DNA from: Alloascoidea hylecoeti
Lineage: Eukaryota
DNA: 64,000 nucleotides
Direction of reading: 5' to 3'
Assembly: GCA_001600815.1 (NCBI GenBank)
Contig: BCKZ01000018.1
Coordinates: 62,001-126,000, forward strand
A model generated the notes under the pieces. That model ran no database searches. It had not been told where the DNA came from and saw only the letters and a list, made by a program, of their open reading frames with translations. Positions 35,439 to 47,998 of the stretch are shown in pieces. Numbering within the stretch: position 1 is the first letter of the stretch; each line of letters starts with the position of its first letter. A program made the translations under genes and the position numbers.

Positions 35439-37598
35439 TTATAATGGAGAAGTTTCTCTTTTTAACCAAATTCTTGTTTTATCATTCCTATTAAATTTTC
35501 TCTTGTATAAATTATAAATTTTTAAATGATAATCATTAATCCACTTAATTTCATCTTGAGTTAATAAATTAATATCAATTAATTTTTTACATAATGGTAC
35601 CATTGTAATAGTTTCAAAACCTAACATTTCAATTGAATTATTCATTTTAATTTTTTTAATAATCATTAAATTTTCAATTCTAATACCAAAATTGCCATCT
35701 TCATAATATCCTGGTTCATTTGAAATTATATTACCTTCTTGTAATGGTTCCATTGCTCTTTCTTTACGATAAGAAATTTGAATTGGACCTTCATGGACGT
35801 TTAAATATGATCCAACACCATGACTTGTTCCATGTTTATAATCAAGACCATATTTCCATAAATATTGACGAGCAATTGAATCTAATTGAAATCCAGTTGT
35901 ATTCTTTGGGAAAACAGTTGTTGCTAAAGCAATATTACCTTTTAAAACTAAAGTATAAGCTTTAATTTCATTATCAGAAGGTTTACCAAAATGTAAAGTT
36001 CTTGTAACATCAGTTGTACCATTTAAATATTGACCACCAGAATCATTTAAATAAATATTTTCTTTATTTATAACAGAACAATTTTCTTTTATTGGTTTAT
36101 AATGAATTATTGAAGAATTTGAATTTGAACTTGATATTGTTTCAAATGATGGACCAATAAATTCATCGTTTAAAAATCTAAATTCTAATTGTCTTTCAGA
36201 TGCAGAAACTTCATCAATTTCAATATCCGATTCAATTTGTTCATTAAGCCATGAAAAAAATTTAATTAGTGCAAAACCATCATTTATATGTGATTCTTTT
36301 GAACCTTTTAATTCAATTTTATTTTTAATTGATTTTGAAAATTTAATTGGTGATTGAATTTGTTTTATATTATCTAAAGGTAAATTAATTTTATGAATTA
36401 TTGCCCATGATGTTCCAATTGGTAACAAAATTGAATCATTTTTTAAAGATGGTAAATCAAACCAAAATTCATCATAATCTTTTAATATAACATTACTTTG
36501 TTCTAAATATTCACGAACTTGTTGAGTTATTTTTAATTTTGATATATAAAGAGTAACATTTGTTTGAGATATTATTGAATATGAGAAAAAAACAGGATTA
36601 TAAGTAATATCATTACCACGTAAATTAAATAACCAAGCAATTTCATCTAATGATGATATAATTATTGATGAATAATTATCATTTTTTAAACTTTGACGTA
36701 AATTTGATATTTTATCATCAATTGATTCACCAGAATATTTTAAATCATGGATTGATATTGGTGATTCAGATCTTGTTAATTTTTCTTCAAATTGAGACCA
36801 AATTGTATCAATTAAATTTTCTTCAATCGGTAAAAAATTAATATTTCCATCATCATATGAAGTGCTGGATAACAACTTTTTAAAATTTAAATATTCTTCA
36901 AAAGAAATTAATTTTGGATCAATACCAATATTAACAATTTTTCCAGAATCATTAAAAATTTCCAAACTTTTATTAATTATCCATTGTTTCCAATCAATAT
37001 CTTCATTTGGACCTTGTTTTAATAAATTCCAATTAAAATCCAATTCATTTTCACATTGTAAGAAATATCTGCCATCAGTTGATAAGATAGCTTCACCAGT
37101 TTCTTCATTATTAAAGCTTGATAAGTCTCTCGTTATGATTGCAGTTCCTGCGGAGCCCGAAAAGCCCGAGATGAAAAATCTCCGTTTATCTGGTGATGCG
37201 GTATATTCAGATTGATGTTCATCTTCAGACGGAACGATATAGATGGCCAAATCGTGTCTTTTCATCTCATTTCTTAGAGATTCCAGTCTTTTCGAAGTAT
37301 TTATTTCTCTGATACTACACGATGGTGAAGAGGACCCCAAATTGGAAGGGGTTGTGGGAGACCCGACTGGGGACAGGGTGGGAGACCCGATGGCTCCGGT
37401 GGGAGACGCACTGGGAGACGCACTGGGAGACCCGGGTGCGTGATGGTACTTGCGATGAGTGTTTAGAGCCACCTGTTTGGCCAGCAAAGACGCTTTTCTG
37501 CCCGTGCGGTTGAGGAGGCCGGGCGAACATGTGCAATTGGCGCAGGGACGTGCGGTTGGGGCTCTCATACTGAAGGTTGAAGGCCTTGCGTCCAACAT
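35439..37598 (-). CDS. FRA1: Xaa-Pro aminopeptidase-like iron regulon protein Fra1
   Basis: N-terminal RPCANCTCSPGLL typical of Fra1; M24 metal ligands in DSGGQY, TTDVTRT, HGTSHG, NEPGYY and GIRIE. Confidence 0.92.
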   Translation of the reverse strand: MLDARPSTFSMRAPTARPCANCTCSPGLLNRTGRKASLLAKQVALNTHRKYHHAPGSPSASPSASPTGAIGSPTLSPVGSPTTPSNLGSSSPSCSIREINTSKRLESLRNEMKRHDLAIYIVPSEDEHQSEYTASPDKRRFFISGFSGSAGTAIITRDLSSFNNEETGEAILSTDGRYFLQCENELDFNWNLLKQGPNEDIDWKQWIINKSLEIFNDSGKIVNIGIDPKLISFEEYLNFKKLLSSTSYDDGNINFLPIEENLIDTIWSQFEEKLTRSESPISIHDLKYSGESIDDKISNLRQSLKNDNYSSIIISSLDEIAWLFNLRGNDITYNPVFFSYSIISQTNVTLYISKLKITQQVREYLEQSNVILKDYDEFWFDLPSLKNDSILLPIGTSWAIIHKINLPLDNIKQIQSPIKFSKSIKNKIELKGSKESHINDGFALIKFFSWLNEQIESDIEIDEVSASERQLEFRFLNDEFIGPSFETISSSNSNSSIIHYKPIKENCSVINKENIYLNDSGGQYLNGTTDVTRTLHFGKPSDNEIKAYTLVLKGNIALATTVFPKNTTGFQLDSIARQYLWKYGLDYKHGTSHGVGSYLNVHEGPIQISYRKERAMEPLQEGNIISNEPGYYEDGNFGIRIENLMIIKKIKMNNSIEMLGFETITMVPLCKKLIDINLLTQDEIKWINDYHLKIYNLYKRKFNRNDKTRIWLKRETSPL

Positions 37599-37780
37599 TT
37601 TACTTTATTTGTATGTATTTGGGAAAATAATAAAATAAAAATTTGAAAAAGAAAGTAAATAAAGTATGTGCTCAGATGTACTTAGCAGGTGTGGCGTGCT
37701 AGGTATATGTCAGCATGGACAGATCCACTTCAACACAACATCTGATCTGAAAAGCAGTATTATCTGTAAAATATACTAAT

Positions 37781-40700
37781 ATGGAAGAAGTTGAAAAGGT
37801 ATACCGATTTTCACAAATAAATCAATAAATATATGAAACTTACGATTGTCCAGCTTATAGAATCTCTTTATACTAATCCCGATCCAAATGTCGTTTCCGA
37901 GTATGTTTTTAGTCATTTAGTTTCTTATAATGTTTATGTTTTTAACATTTGATATGTCCATAGGGTACAAAAGAAACTACAACAATATCAGAAATCTCCT
38001 GATGGCTTGAAAATAGCACTTTCTTTATTATATTCTTCAAATGAACAGGCCCAATTCTTTGGTGCTTTAACTTTTACTGTTTATTTAAATACACAAGTGT
38101 AAGTTATTCAATTTAATTTAATTTTGACTCAAATTGACAATTAATATAAATATAAAGAAATGATGATATGACAGAAGAAGAAATTCATGAATTACTTAAT
38201 GCTTTATTAAATCATATATTAAGATTAAGAAATTCTTCTTCATCATTTGTGTTTAGGAAATTATTAGTTACATTAAGTATATTTTTTAAACATTTTTCAA
38301 AATATTGGGAAAAATGTTTAGAATCTTTTACTTTAACATTAATTTCAAATATACCAACAATAGTTATACCAAATGATTTGAATATTTCAAATTTAATTAA
38401 TGAATTACCAAAAAATTTAGAAACCATTAAAATTTTTAATGATATTTTAGAATTTTCAAAAATATTATCAGAAGAATTACAATCAATTGTAACAATTGAA
38501 TATAAAAATCAAATTCATTTAATTATACATGATTATAATCAAGTATTTATAACAAATTTAATTAATTTAATATTTATTGATAAATATAATGAAGAAATTT
38601 TATTAAATTCTTTTGATTGTTTATTATCTTGGTGTTCATATATTACAAAAGCTGAATCTGAATCAATTTTAAAATTTAATATTTTAAAATCAATTATACC
38701 AAATTTAATTAATTTTATAAATGTTGAAAATAGTAAAAAAATTTCAAATCATGTTATTGAAATATTAATTGATATTTATGAATTATATTCTGATATTAGA
38801 AATTTACCAGATTTAAAAAATAATTTAGCAAATTTATTATTTGGTGAATGGGGACAAAATAAAATATCATATTTAATTTCAAATTATCAATTAAAATTAC
38901 AACAACAAGATCAAGATGATGATTTAGATGAAGATGAAAATGAAGATGATATAATTGATGAAGCTTTAAATTTATCAAGATTATTAATTTCTGTAACTGA
39001 ATCATTTTTACCACAATTAATTTCAAATTTATTTCAAACAAATTATGATGAAATGTTAATGATGTTATCAGTATTAACAAATTTCCCAGGTTTATCAATT
39101 CAACAAGAAACAATATCAAGAGAATTTATTGAATTTTGGAATGGAATTGGTGATTATATAATTGAAGAAGAAGAAATTTTAAAAATTGAATTAAAAAATG
39201 ATTTTGAAAAATTATTAATAATTGAAAAAAAATTAAAAAAAATATTAATTGAAATAATTCAAATTTATTGGAATAAAATTCATATTCCAAAAAATTGGTT
39301 TAAAAATGATTTTCAATTAATTAAAGATGAATTTATTTCTTATAGAAGAGATGTTGGTGATTTAATTGAATCAATTTATCCATTAATTAAAAATGAATTA
39401 ATTGAATTATTAATTGGTAATATTTTATCATGTTTAAATGTTAATATTGATATTAATAATGGTATTGAAGAAATTGAAAAAGTTAATTGGTATGATATTG
39501 AAACTTCATTATTTTGTATTAATAAATTAATTGATTTAATTATTGAAAATGATGATTCTGGTTTTGAAATTTTAAATCAATTATTTAGTTCAAATTTATT
39601 AAATTATTTAAATTATTTAGTAAATCAATCAAAAAATTCACAACAAAGTTCTAACTTGCCAACTTCAATAATTATAAATACTTGTGCGACTTTAATTTCT
39701 TCATGTGATGTATTTTTATCATCATTAAATTTAAATCAAGGTGGTCAACAATATTTTTCAAATATTTTAGAATTTTTATTCAATGTTTTATCAATAAATG
39801 AACCAAAAATTTCATTAGTTTGTTCAAAAGCAATTAAGACATTATCATATACATGTCGATATAAATTAATTGATTATCATGATACTTTTTTATCAATAAC
39901 AATAAATATGTTACAACAACAAGAACAAAGTAATGATAATGATAATAATGATATTATTAAAGAAAGAATTGTTGGATCTGTTTCTGCAATTATTCAAGCT
40001 TTAGATAATATTGAAGATCAAGGTAGATATATCAATCAATTAATTGATGTTTTATTACAACAATCAAATTTTTTAATGGCGATTGATGAAAACAGCAATA
40101 TGAATAAAGATGAAAGAATTGAAAGAGCAGTTGCTTTATTACGTTGTATTGTTGAAATTGGTAAAGGATTTAAAATTTCAGAAACAAATGATGAATTAAT
40201 TTTAAATAAACAATTTAATTTAAAAAAAAATTCATTAAATTATTGGAATGAAGATCCATTTAAAATTAGAAATAAAATTTTACAATTAATTAATTTTTTA
40301 TCAATTGAAAAATGGCCATTTAATTTAGATGATGAAATTATTGAAAAATGTTGTTTTATATTTAAAACTTCATTTTCTGAATTATCAAATGATTTAAATA
40401 ATGAAAATAATGATTTTGGTGGTTTTATATTTCAATTTAAATTTGAAATTATATTAAATTTTTTAAAATTAAATTTATTAAAATTTAATATAAATAGTAA
40501 TGAATTTAAATCAATTTCATCATTAAAATTTCAATCATTAACAAGTTTAGCATGTGGTGCATTATCATCATATCCAATAACTGATTCAATAACACAACAA
40601 CCAACAATTTCTTCATTACAATTAAATGAATTAATTAATATTTTTTATAATTATAAATTTTTAAATTATCATATTAATAATGATGAAGAAACTATTGATC

Positions 40701-41281
40701 CCGATATATCTGAAAGTTTATTAAAATTATTACAACATTTAATAACTTATTCATTTAAATTTTTAATTAATCATTTATATTTTAAATCAATTTTAAAATT
40801 TTCTTTATTAATGTTATCATCAAATGAAAGATTTACTTTAAGAGCATCATGTGGATTTTGGATTAAATTTATTTCAATTAATAATAATGATGAATTAATA
40901 ACAAATGAGAGAAATAAAATTTTATTAAATATTGGTCAAGATTTAATTAATATAATTATAAAATCAATTAGTGGGAATTCTTCAAGAAGTGATTTAAACT
41001 TTTATAGCGATATTTTAAAAAAAATTATTTTTAAATATCCAATGGATTGTAAAAAATGGTTACAAATTTCTTTAAATGATATAAATATAACTGGTAATGG
41101 TATTAGAAAAAAAAATTTAGATATTAATAGTGAAGAATATCAATATGAATTTAAAAAATGGCAAGAGGTTAAAAGAAAATTTTTAGCTCAATTAATTCAA
41201 GCAAGAGGTTCTGGTAAAACTGGTGAAATTGTTAAAAGATATTGGTTAAAACAATCTGGAATTTTAGTTGATTATACTTAA
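37781..41281 (+). CDS. KAP122: Karyopherin beta (Kap122/Pdr6, importin-13-like); exons 37781-37798, 37854-37900, 37964-38098, 38158-41281
   Basis: Spliced N-terminus MEEVEKLIESLYT..VQKKLQQYQKSPDG..QFFGALTFTVYLN; FVFRKLLVTL, LTNFPG and FISYRRDVGDL; HEAT-like helical protein. The third intron uses an AAG acceptor. Confidence 0.78.
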
Positions 41282-42082
41282 TTTTTACATACTGTTTTAT
41301 CATTTAAAATAAAATTCCTCGCTTCATTTGTTCAATCTCAAGTACAAACTCTGCTTTAATAGTTCTACATCATTTTACATACCTATACTGTAGATGGTAT
41401 AGATAGTCGGACGAGTTAGTGCTTAAGCTCAGCATACCCAGATCCCACAACATTGTTCTGTTGCACCCACTAATTATAAACCAGCAGCAAAGATAAAATA
41501 TTATAAATATGTACTTCCAATAAAATCCACTCAATCTCATTATTCAGATAATCATTGTTCAAATTTTTCTTTTTGTATTTTATGTTTGTAATGTGAGATT
41601 TCTTCCACGGGGTTGTAAGAAAATAAAAATGCTGTGTTTCCACTTACTTTAGGCCAGCATAGTACATTAGATATTCGCCAGTACTGACTACGCAACTGAA
41701 GCTAAACGTATTTAATGTTGCATCTAATTGATAATAAACAAAACAAATAATTAATATTAGATGAATAACTATACGCTCTCTTTTTGTAGTTTGATATATT
41801 TGAATGTTCATATTCAGATTAAAAATAATTCCATATAACCAACCATGAAGACTAATAGTTCAATAAGATAGTAAACTCGATACCAAAACTGTAGTCAAAA
41901 AAACTAATGTTAACTCAAGCCAATTATAAATTCCCTTTAAATATTTATATCTCTCTCTAAATTCCAACATAAATACTACTATAGTTAGATAAAGAGTTTT
42001 TACTAGATACTAGTAAGTCAATAGTGTTATATTAAGGAGGTAGACCCTAAGATAGAACACCATTCTGAATTCACTAACCATC

Positions 42083-44080
42083 ATGCAGATCATAAATCTA
42101 CCTGAAGAGACCATCATTCTCATCACAGAGAAGCTTACTCCAGTAGATGCATTCAGATTCTTCAAGACATGTAAACTCCTTTTCACCTTGTATAAACGGA
42201 ACTATAGTAATAAACAACATGCTACTGTTATTCTGGATTCTCTCACTAAAGGAAATCAAAGAAAATCCATCAAATCATTGAAAAACAAACATAAAAAAAT
42301 GATGAAGAATTTAAACAATGGAGATGTTAAGATCGTGAATTTATTTGATCCTGATATACTTGAAGTACCAATTTTTAAAGAAATCCATAACGAAAAAGTA
42401 CCATTCACTCTATGGCAAAATAAAGTTNTTCNGAATTNTNNTGATAGNTATGGGGCGACTGAATACCCCATTCTAACCAACCAAGAGTACTATGATTGTA
42501 GTTCTTTAAACTACCCAGTTGTTGGACTTTTTGATTTATCATCTATTGAAAATACTATCATTGAGAANGACGATAATATAAATGAAAATGATATTGATGA
42601 TGAATGTGTGATNCAAATAATTCCATTAATCAATGACTGGTCCAGTNATANTGGTGTCTCAAGTGTTTATTTTCAATCCGATTCAAAATCAAATANATCT
42701 ATCAATAAATTATATTCAAAATTCCCACAAACTTNTGCATTAATTAATAAACCTTTAAATCAATTTAATTGGGAAAATACAATNTCCATGGAATCTGAAA
42801 CAACTGTTAATAATTATAGTAATTGGAGATTACCAGTAAATTTTCATGAGAAATTATATTCAGAACCATCACCTTGGAATTGTAATAAAAAATTTTATGA
42901 TCCTATATTATTTAACATCCTTTATAAAAAAAGAAAACAACGAAAAAAAAATTCTAATGCATTGCAATACGGAGATTTATTCACACCTGAGAAATTTTTA
43001 AAAATTAATGATAATACTGCTGGAAAATATCTAATATCAACTAATGTTCCAAATGATAATTATCCATCAAGACCTATAATTTTAAATTGTTATAAGAAAA
43101 ATAGTGATATGGATAACAAATTACAATCAACAATGGTTTGGCAGGTTAAAATTGAATTGAAAAAGAAGCAAATAAGGTCTGATGATCTTGAAGTTGAAGA
43201 GTTTTTATCAATTCCAACTTTTTTAAAAATCCAAGTATCAGATTTTTATACTTTAATCCCAATAATGATACGTAAATATAGTTATCATGAAGTACAAGCT
43301 GGTTATACTAATTACTTCTGGTTAGTATTCAGAACTACAAATGGTGAATATTTGGGTAACTATAAAATCAATTATGATTTAAGTGTCTATCGATATAGGA
43401 TACGAACATTTCGAATGGAACTGCGACTTCAAACTTTTACAGAAAATACCCATCTCCTTTTTCCTCAAATTATCATGATTGGTTCAAATTTATTTCAAAT
43501 TAAAAATAGTTGGAAAACTATACATAATGACAAATGTGTTGATAACTTTCAATTATTATGGATTCCAATTATAAATTTTTTAAATATGATTAACAATGAT
43601 AACAATATTGAAGATAATTTAAAAATTAATGTTGAATCTTTTAATTCAATATTTTTAGATACATCAGACAAAAGCTATAACTTTAATTTGTATGATAATG
43701 ATGATAATTACGATAATTACGATTGGAAAGTTATATTGGAAACTCCTAAAATTGATACACTTAAACCTTCAATAGACATTAAATATCCTAATTTTGAAAT
43801 ACAGGAAACCAGAGTTTATCCATACTTTTGGAATAATAATAATATAGCATTAAAAGTTCAATATTACCTTGGAGATCATATTGAACCATTTGATGATGTA
43901 TTTTTGAATACTAAACGTATCGAATATCTTATACTTTATGATATTGAAATTGAAAAATGGATATTTTTTGAAATAAATAATTTATCAGATAAAAATTTGC
44001 TTCAAACTTTGATCGTTGATAATAAATTGGATTTTGTTTTTATTGGTAAATATTTTGTCAATATTCCAATTTATAAATAA
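42083..44080 (+). CDS. F-box protein with an unrecognised C-terminal region
   Basis: N-terminal IINLPEETIILITEKLTPVDAFRFFKTCKLLF fits the F-box consensus; 665-codon open frame containing 13 N bases. Confidence 0.75.
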   Translation: MQIINLPEETIILITEKLTPVDAFRFFKTCKLLFTLYKRNYSNKQHATVILDSLTKGNQRKSIKSLKNKHKKMMKNLNNGDVKIVNLFDPDILEVPIFKEIHNEKVPFTLWQNKVXXNXXDXYGATEYPILTNQEYYDCSSLNYPVVGLFDLSSIENTIIEXDDNINENDIDDECVXQIIPLINDWSSXXGVSSVYFQSDSKSNXSINKLYSKFPQTXALINKPLNQFNWENTXSMESETTVNNYSNWRLPVNFHEKLYSEPSPWNCNKKFYDPILFNILYKKRKQRKKNSNALQYGDLFTPEKFLKINDNTAGKYLISTNVPNDNYPSRPIILNCYKKNSDMDNKLQSTMVWQVKIELKKKQIRSDDLEVEEFLSIPTFLKIQVSDFYTLIPIMIRKYSYHEVQAGYTNYFWLVFRTTNGEYLGNYKINYDLSVYRYRIRTFRMELRLQTFTENTHLLFPQIIMIGSNLFQIKNSWKTIHNDKCVDNFQLLWIPIINFLNMINNDNNIEDNLKINVESFNSIFLDTSDKSYNFNLYDNDDNYDNYDWKVILETPKIDTLKPSIDIKYPNFEIQETRVYPYFWNNNNIALKVQYYLGDHIEPFDDVFLNTKRIEYLILYDIEIEKWIFFEINNLSDKNLLQTLIVDNKLDFVFIGKYFVNIPIYK

Positions 44081-44591
44081 ATATTAGCTATATAATAAAT
44101 ATTTCTAAATTGTTGCCCTGATTGAATACACACAATTCTGAATTTTCAATTTGAATTTATCGCAACAAATCTTGAGTTCCAGAGGATGACCAGAAAAACT
44201 TTAGTTAGTTTATAGAGATTTCTTGTCTTTTAATATTTCTACGTAAATTATATTTAGGAGGATGATATATTGAATGAAACGAGCTATAAGAGGTCTTCAG
44301 GAAAAGATGAATATCTAATTGTAAAAGATAGTACATACAAGAAGAAAGATGAGATTATTATTTTTCAAAAGACCTAGATCTTAACATGAATTGTGAATAA
44401 AAAAACGTATTGTCATAATTAATGAGAGGTTTTCATTATCTATCCTTAATGGCAATTAACCTGATTCATATAGGCTATACGTATAAATTTTGTGGGTCGA
44501 TATTAACTCTGTAGCTCTATTTAATTACCCGGATTTGTTCAAATTTTTGTTAACCACAAAATAGAAAATAAAATTTAAAAGAGAAAATAAA

Positions 44592-45512
44592 ATGACAATA
44601 TATGATGAAGTATTAATTCCAATTCACATCATTGGAACCCGAGGATTTATATTTTCATTGTCAGATCTTAAAACATTAAGATGTAAATATCATATCTGTG
44701 GTACAAATACTGGTACATTACCATCTGTACCACAACAAAACATTTTTTTAGGATTACCTGTTGAATTAATGCCAGAAGAAATATATTTATTGGTTATTGA
44801 ATTAAAAGTTGCTTATGTTATTATTGATTCTGAATTACATGAAACTATATCTAGTTTATTATCTAAGGAAGATTTAGAATATATTAGAACTAAGAAACAA
44901 GAAGTTTGGGATGTTCAGGTTAAGCAATATATGGAGACCCAATCAATTAAAAGGAAAATTCATGTTAAGAAAAATAAGAAAACTGATTCAACAAAGAATG
45001 AAAATGAGACTTCCAGTAAAGAAGTTGCTCCAAATATAGAGAAGAAAACAGATAAATATACATTACAAGCTGCTATATCATATGTTATAGAGCCAACTAC
45101 TGAGTTTTTGCCAAACTATAATTTATTTCAATCACAATACGGATCAGCTGAAGCCAAACAAAGAACAATAACAAAATGGCAACATCCAACAACAGAATCA
45201 TATGATATATTCAAATATTTATATTCATTGGGTTATTATTCATCTTCTGGGTTAAGATTTGGTGGGCAATTTATATCATACCCTGGAGATCCATTGAGGT
45301 ATCATTCTCATCAGATTGTGAATGGATATGGTTGGGATGAAGATATTAAAGTGCTAGATATTGTAGGAGGAGCAAGATTAGGAACTGCTGTTAAGAAATC
45401 ATGGTTAATAGGTGCCAAAAGGATACTGAAAGGTAATGAAGAGAAAATACTCAATAATGAAGTTGATCAAGAAATGGTATGCTTTTCGATTGAGTGGTCT
45501 GGTTTTGGTTAA
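44592..45512 (+). CDS. SEN34: tRNA splicing endonuclease catalytic subunit Sen34
   Basis: GTLPSVPQQNIFLGLPVELMPEE, GLRFGGQFISYPGDPLRYHSH, RLGTAVKK and FSIEWSGFG motifs. Confidence 0.95.
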   Translation: MTIYDEVLIPIHIIGTRGFIFSLSDLKTLRCKYHICGTNTGTLPSVPQQNIFLGLPVELMPEEIYLLVIELKVAYVIIDSELHETISSLLSKEDLEYIRTKKQEVWDVQVKQYMETQSIKRKIHVKKNKKTDSTKNENETSSKEVAPNIEKKTDKYTLQAAISYVIEPTTEFLPNYNLFQSQYGSAEAKQRTITKWQHPTTESYDIFKYLYSLGYYSSSGLRFGGQFISYPGDPLRYHSHQIVNGYGWDEDIKVLDIVGGARLGTAVKKSWLIGAKRILKGNEEKILNNEVDQEMVCFSIEWSGFG

Positions 45513-45707
45513 AAAAAAACAGTTCTGCTGCATATGCATAAAATCAAATAAGGAAAGATAAATTAAATGCATCGTGACGGAATTGACCACTACGTAATTA
45601 TACGCGTTTACGAGTTACTAATTATGGTATAACATTAATATTAATCAATCCCCGGATTTCGTCCATCTAATTTATTTTTTCATAATATTTCTTTAAAATT
45701 TAGAAAA

Positions 45708-46262
45708 ATGAGTTCAACCAATAATTCAAATGGCCTACGTCGTCCAACTTCCGTTCATCCAGATGATAACACAGTCCCTATAATCGATAAACCAAACCGT
45801 TCTGGATCAATAAGGTCTGAAAGAAGACCATCTGTCGCTGCTGGGTTCAGTTTGCCGCCAAGTACAAATGATTCACCAAATTCACCAGGTGTTGATTCAA
45901 TTTTATCTTATGACGAAGAAAACGGAGTTGATTATAAATTTGATGGTAAACCTTTCATCTCACAAAAAGAGTTACCTGAAAATATTCATGAAGTTGATCC
46001 GAATTCACAATCAAGTGCTTCAAAAATTCCTGGAATCGGTGTTGCAAAAAATCCCGACGATATCGGTGAATCAGAAGATGTATTGCTAAATAGGAGGAAA
46101 TCATCGGTTAAAGGATCAGATCAATTACCAAGTATCAATGAACGAGATACCCGCAATAGAAGATCATCAAGTTTAGCAAGTGATGCTAATATTATTGATC
46201 CTAAAGAAGAGAAAAAATATGATTATACTTTTAACGATGAGTACTTAACTAAAGCCCATTAA
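45708..46262 (+). CDS. Hypothetical disordered Ser-rich protein
   Basis: 184-codon ORF with AAAAATG context and host-like codon usage; several RRxS/T motifs. Confidence 0.7.
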   Translation: MSSTNNSNGLRRPTSVHPDDNTVPIIDKPNRSGSIRSERRPSVAAGFSLPPSTNDSPNSPGVDSILSYDEENGVDYKFDGKPFISQKELPENIHEVDPNSQSSASKIPGIGVAKNPDDIGESEDVLLNRRKSSVKGSDQLPSINERDTRNRRSSSLASDANIIDPKEEKKYDYTFNDEYLTKAH

Positions 46263-47104
46263 TCATAAGGGTTATTATCAAATTTAAATTGTGTTATATA
46301 ATTAACTTGCAAATACTACATTGAATGTTTCACTCTTTCGCTGTTTTTAAAAATTGGAATCGATGTAGCTATAAAACTCTGTACTTCATAGCTTACATTC
46401 GATGCATACGTAAAGCTCATAATCGTTTCCATTTTTCTAAGAGATCGATTTGTACAATTAGGTATGATCAGGAAGGTACTTTTGTTATAGCTTTTATTGT
46501 AAAAGACTAATGATATTAATAAGTTTCGAATTTCTAAATATCTTTCGACACCAATTTAAACCAGCGATAAGTTTTATTAAAAGTGAATATCTACGTACTC
46601 TTTTCTTAGTCTTCTATTTACTATAGCAATCTCGTATAGAAAATATTTTTTAGTAGTAGTTAAGCAACTCTAATTATGCACTATATCAAATAATACAGCT
46701 GTAGTATAATCCATTATTATTTGATAAGTTCATCTTCCTCGTATCATTTATACTGTTTTAAAATCCGAGCATTCATTTTACTATTTAGATCTTCATTCGA
46801 TAAATAACATAACCAGAACATATTTAATTCCTTCTCTTAATGTAAGGGCTCTTTATTCCCCTATATAAAATGATCTACATAGACTGTAAACTCTTTGGAA
46901 GACTCGTTCGGAGCTCTCCATACATGAAGAATTTCTGTATTATCTAAATAACAAATTGGATTTGGTATGGGGCTAATTTTCGGTATTTGGATTTGGCTTT
47001 TAATGATTAGAACGGGTATTCTAATAGCTAGTTAATTAAACACAAACACAAACATACATCAGAAAAATAATTTTATAGCAGCTGTAGCTTATATAAATAG
47101 AGTA

Positions 47105-47132
<28 letters not shown>
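47105..47132. repeat. (AT)n microsatellite
   Basis: About 14 consecutive AT units. Confidence 0.9.
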
Positions 47133-47135
<3 letters not shown>

Positions 47136-47459
47136 ATGATCATTATAAGCTTTTACATTCAACTTAGCTGAGAAGGCTAATAATATATTCATATCCTTAA
47201 AACGTTTTTCCTTTTATGTCTGTGTTTTAATCACCAATTGACTTAATTTAAATTTAGTATTAATATTGAAATTTGAAAAATAATAATAATCATAAATAAT
47301 ACACATTTTTCAATAAAATATTGTTATAATATTAATATACTTGCGATTGGAACAGTGCTATATAACAATATTGAATGTAATCAAAATTAGTTAAACAATA
47401 GAAACACCAGTATAAATATTAATGGTATATGAGAGCAATACTATCAACAACCCATCAAG

Positions 47460-47998
47460 TTAATTTTTTGTATTTTTCTTCTTATTCTTCTTTTTATCCT
47501 TCTTTTGTAATCCTGTCATATTACGTTTTAAAACACTTGTATAATCCAACCAAAACTCTTCTAATTTATCACTCTCAACAACAGTTGAAAGTTTTACTTT
47601 ATTTGTTTTCGTTTTTGTTATTTTACCACCAGGTGTTTTAACTTTAACAGTTTTACCACCATTTGTTGCTCGAATTAAAATTTGAAATTTTCGATCTGTT
47701 ATAGTTGTAGGTGTTGGAGTTGATGTTGAAGTATTACCATTATCATTATTTAAAACTGGAACAGTTTTTAAGTCAGAAAGATCTGATTTTGATGGGACTT
47801 GAGATTCTGTAATTGGATCATATGGTGTTAATCGTTTTTGTACTAAATAAATAGATGAATGTGATGCATTTGTTTTTTCAAATAATGATCCAAGTTGAGT
47901 TAAAAACTACAAAATTTGAAAATTAATGTTAGAAAATGAGTAAAATAATCTTTATTAAATTATCATATTACCTCTTTATTTCCCAGTGGCCCACTCAT
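47460..47998 (-). CDS. SRP14: Signal recognition particle subunit Srp14; exons 47998-47972 and 47906-47460 (157 aa); absent from the ORF track
   Basis: Spliced protein MSGPLGNKE|FLTQLGSLFEK..SIYLVQKRL..ILIRATNG..KLSTVVESDKLEEFWLDYTSVLKRNMTGLQKKDKKK; intron GTAATA..CTAAC..TAG. Confidence 0.92.

Noticed and set aside
4644..37598. FRE pair plus FRA1 as an iron gene cluster
   Set aside because: They are 26 kb apart with many unrelated housekeeping genes between them.
41462..41468. Single TGCACCC Aft site upstream of the F-box gene
   Set aside because: A lone occurrence is compatible with chance.
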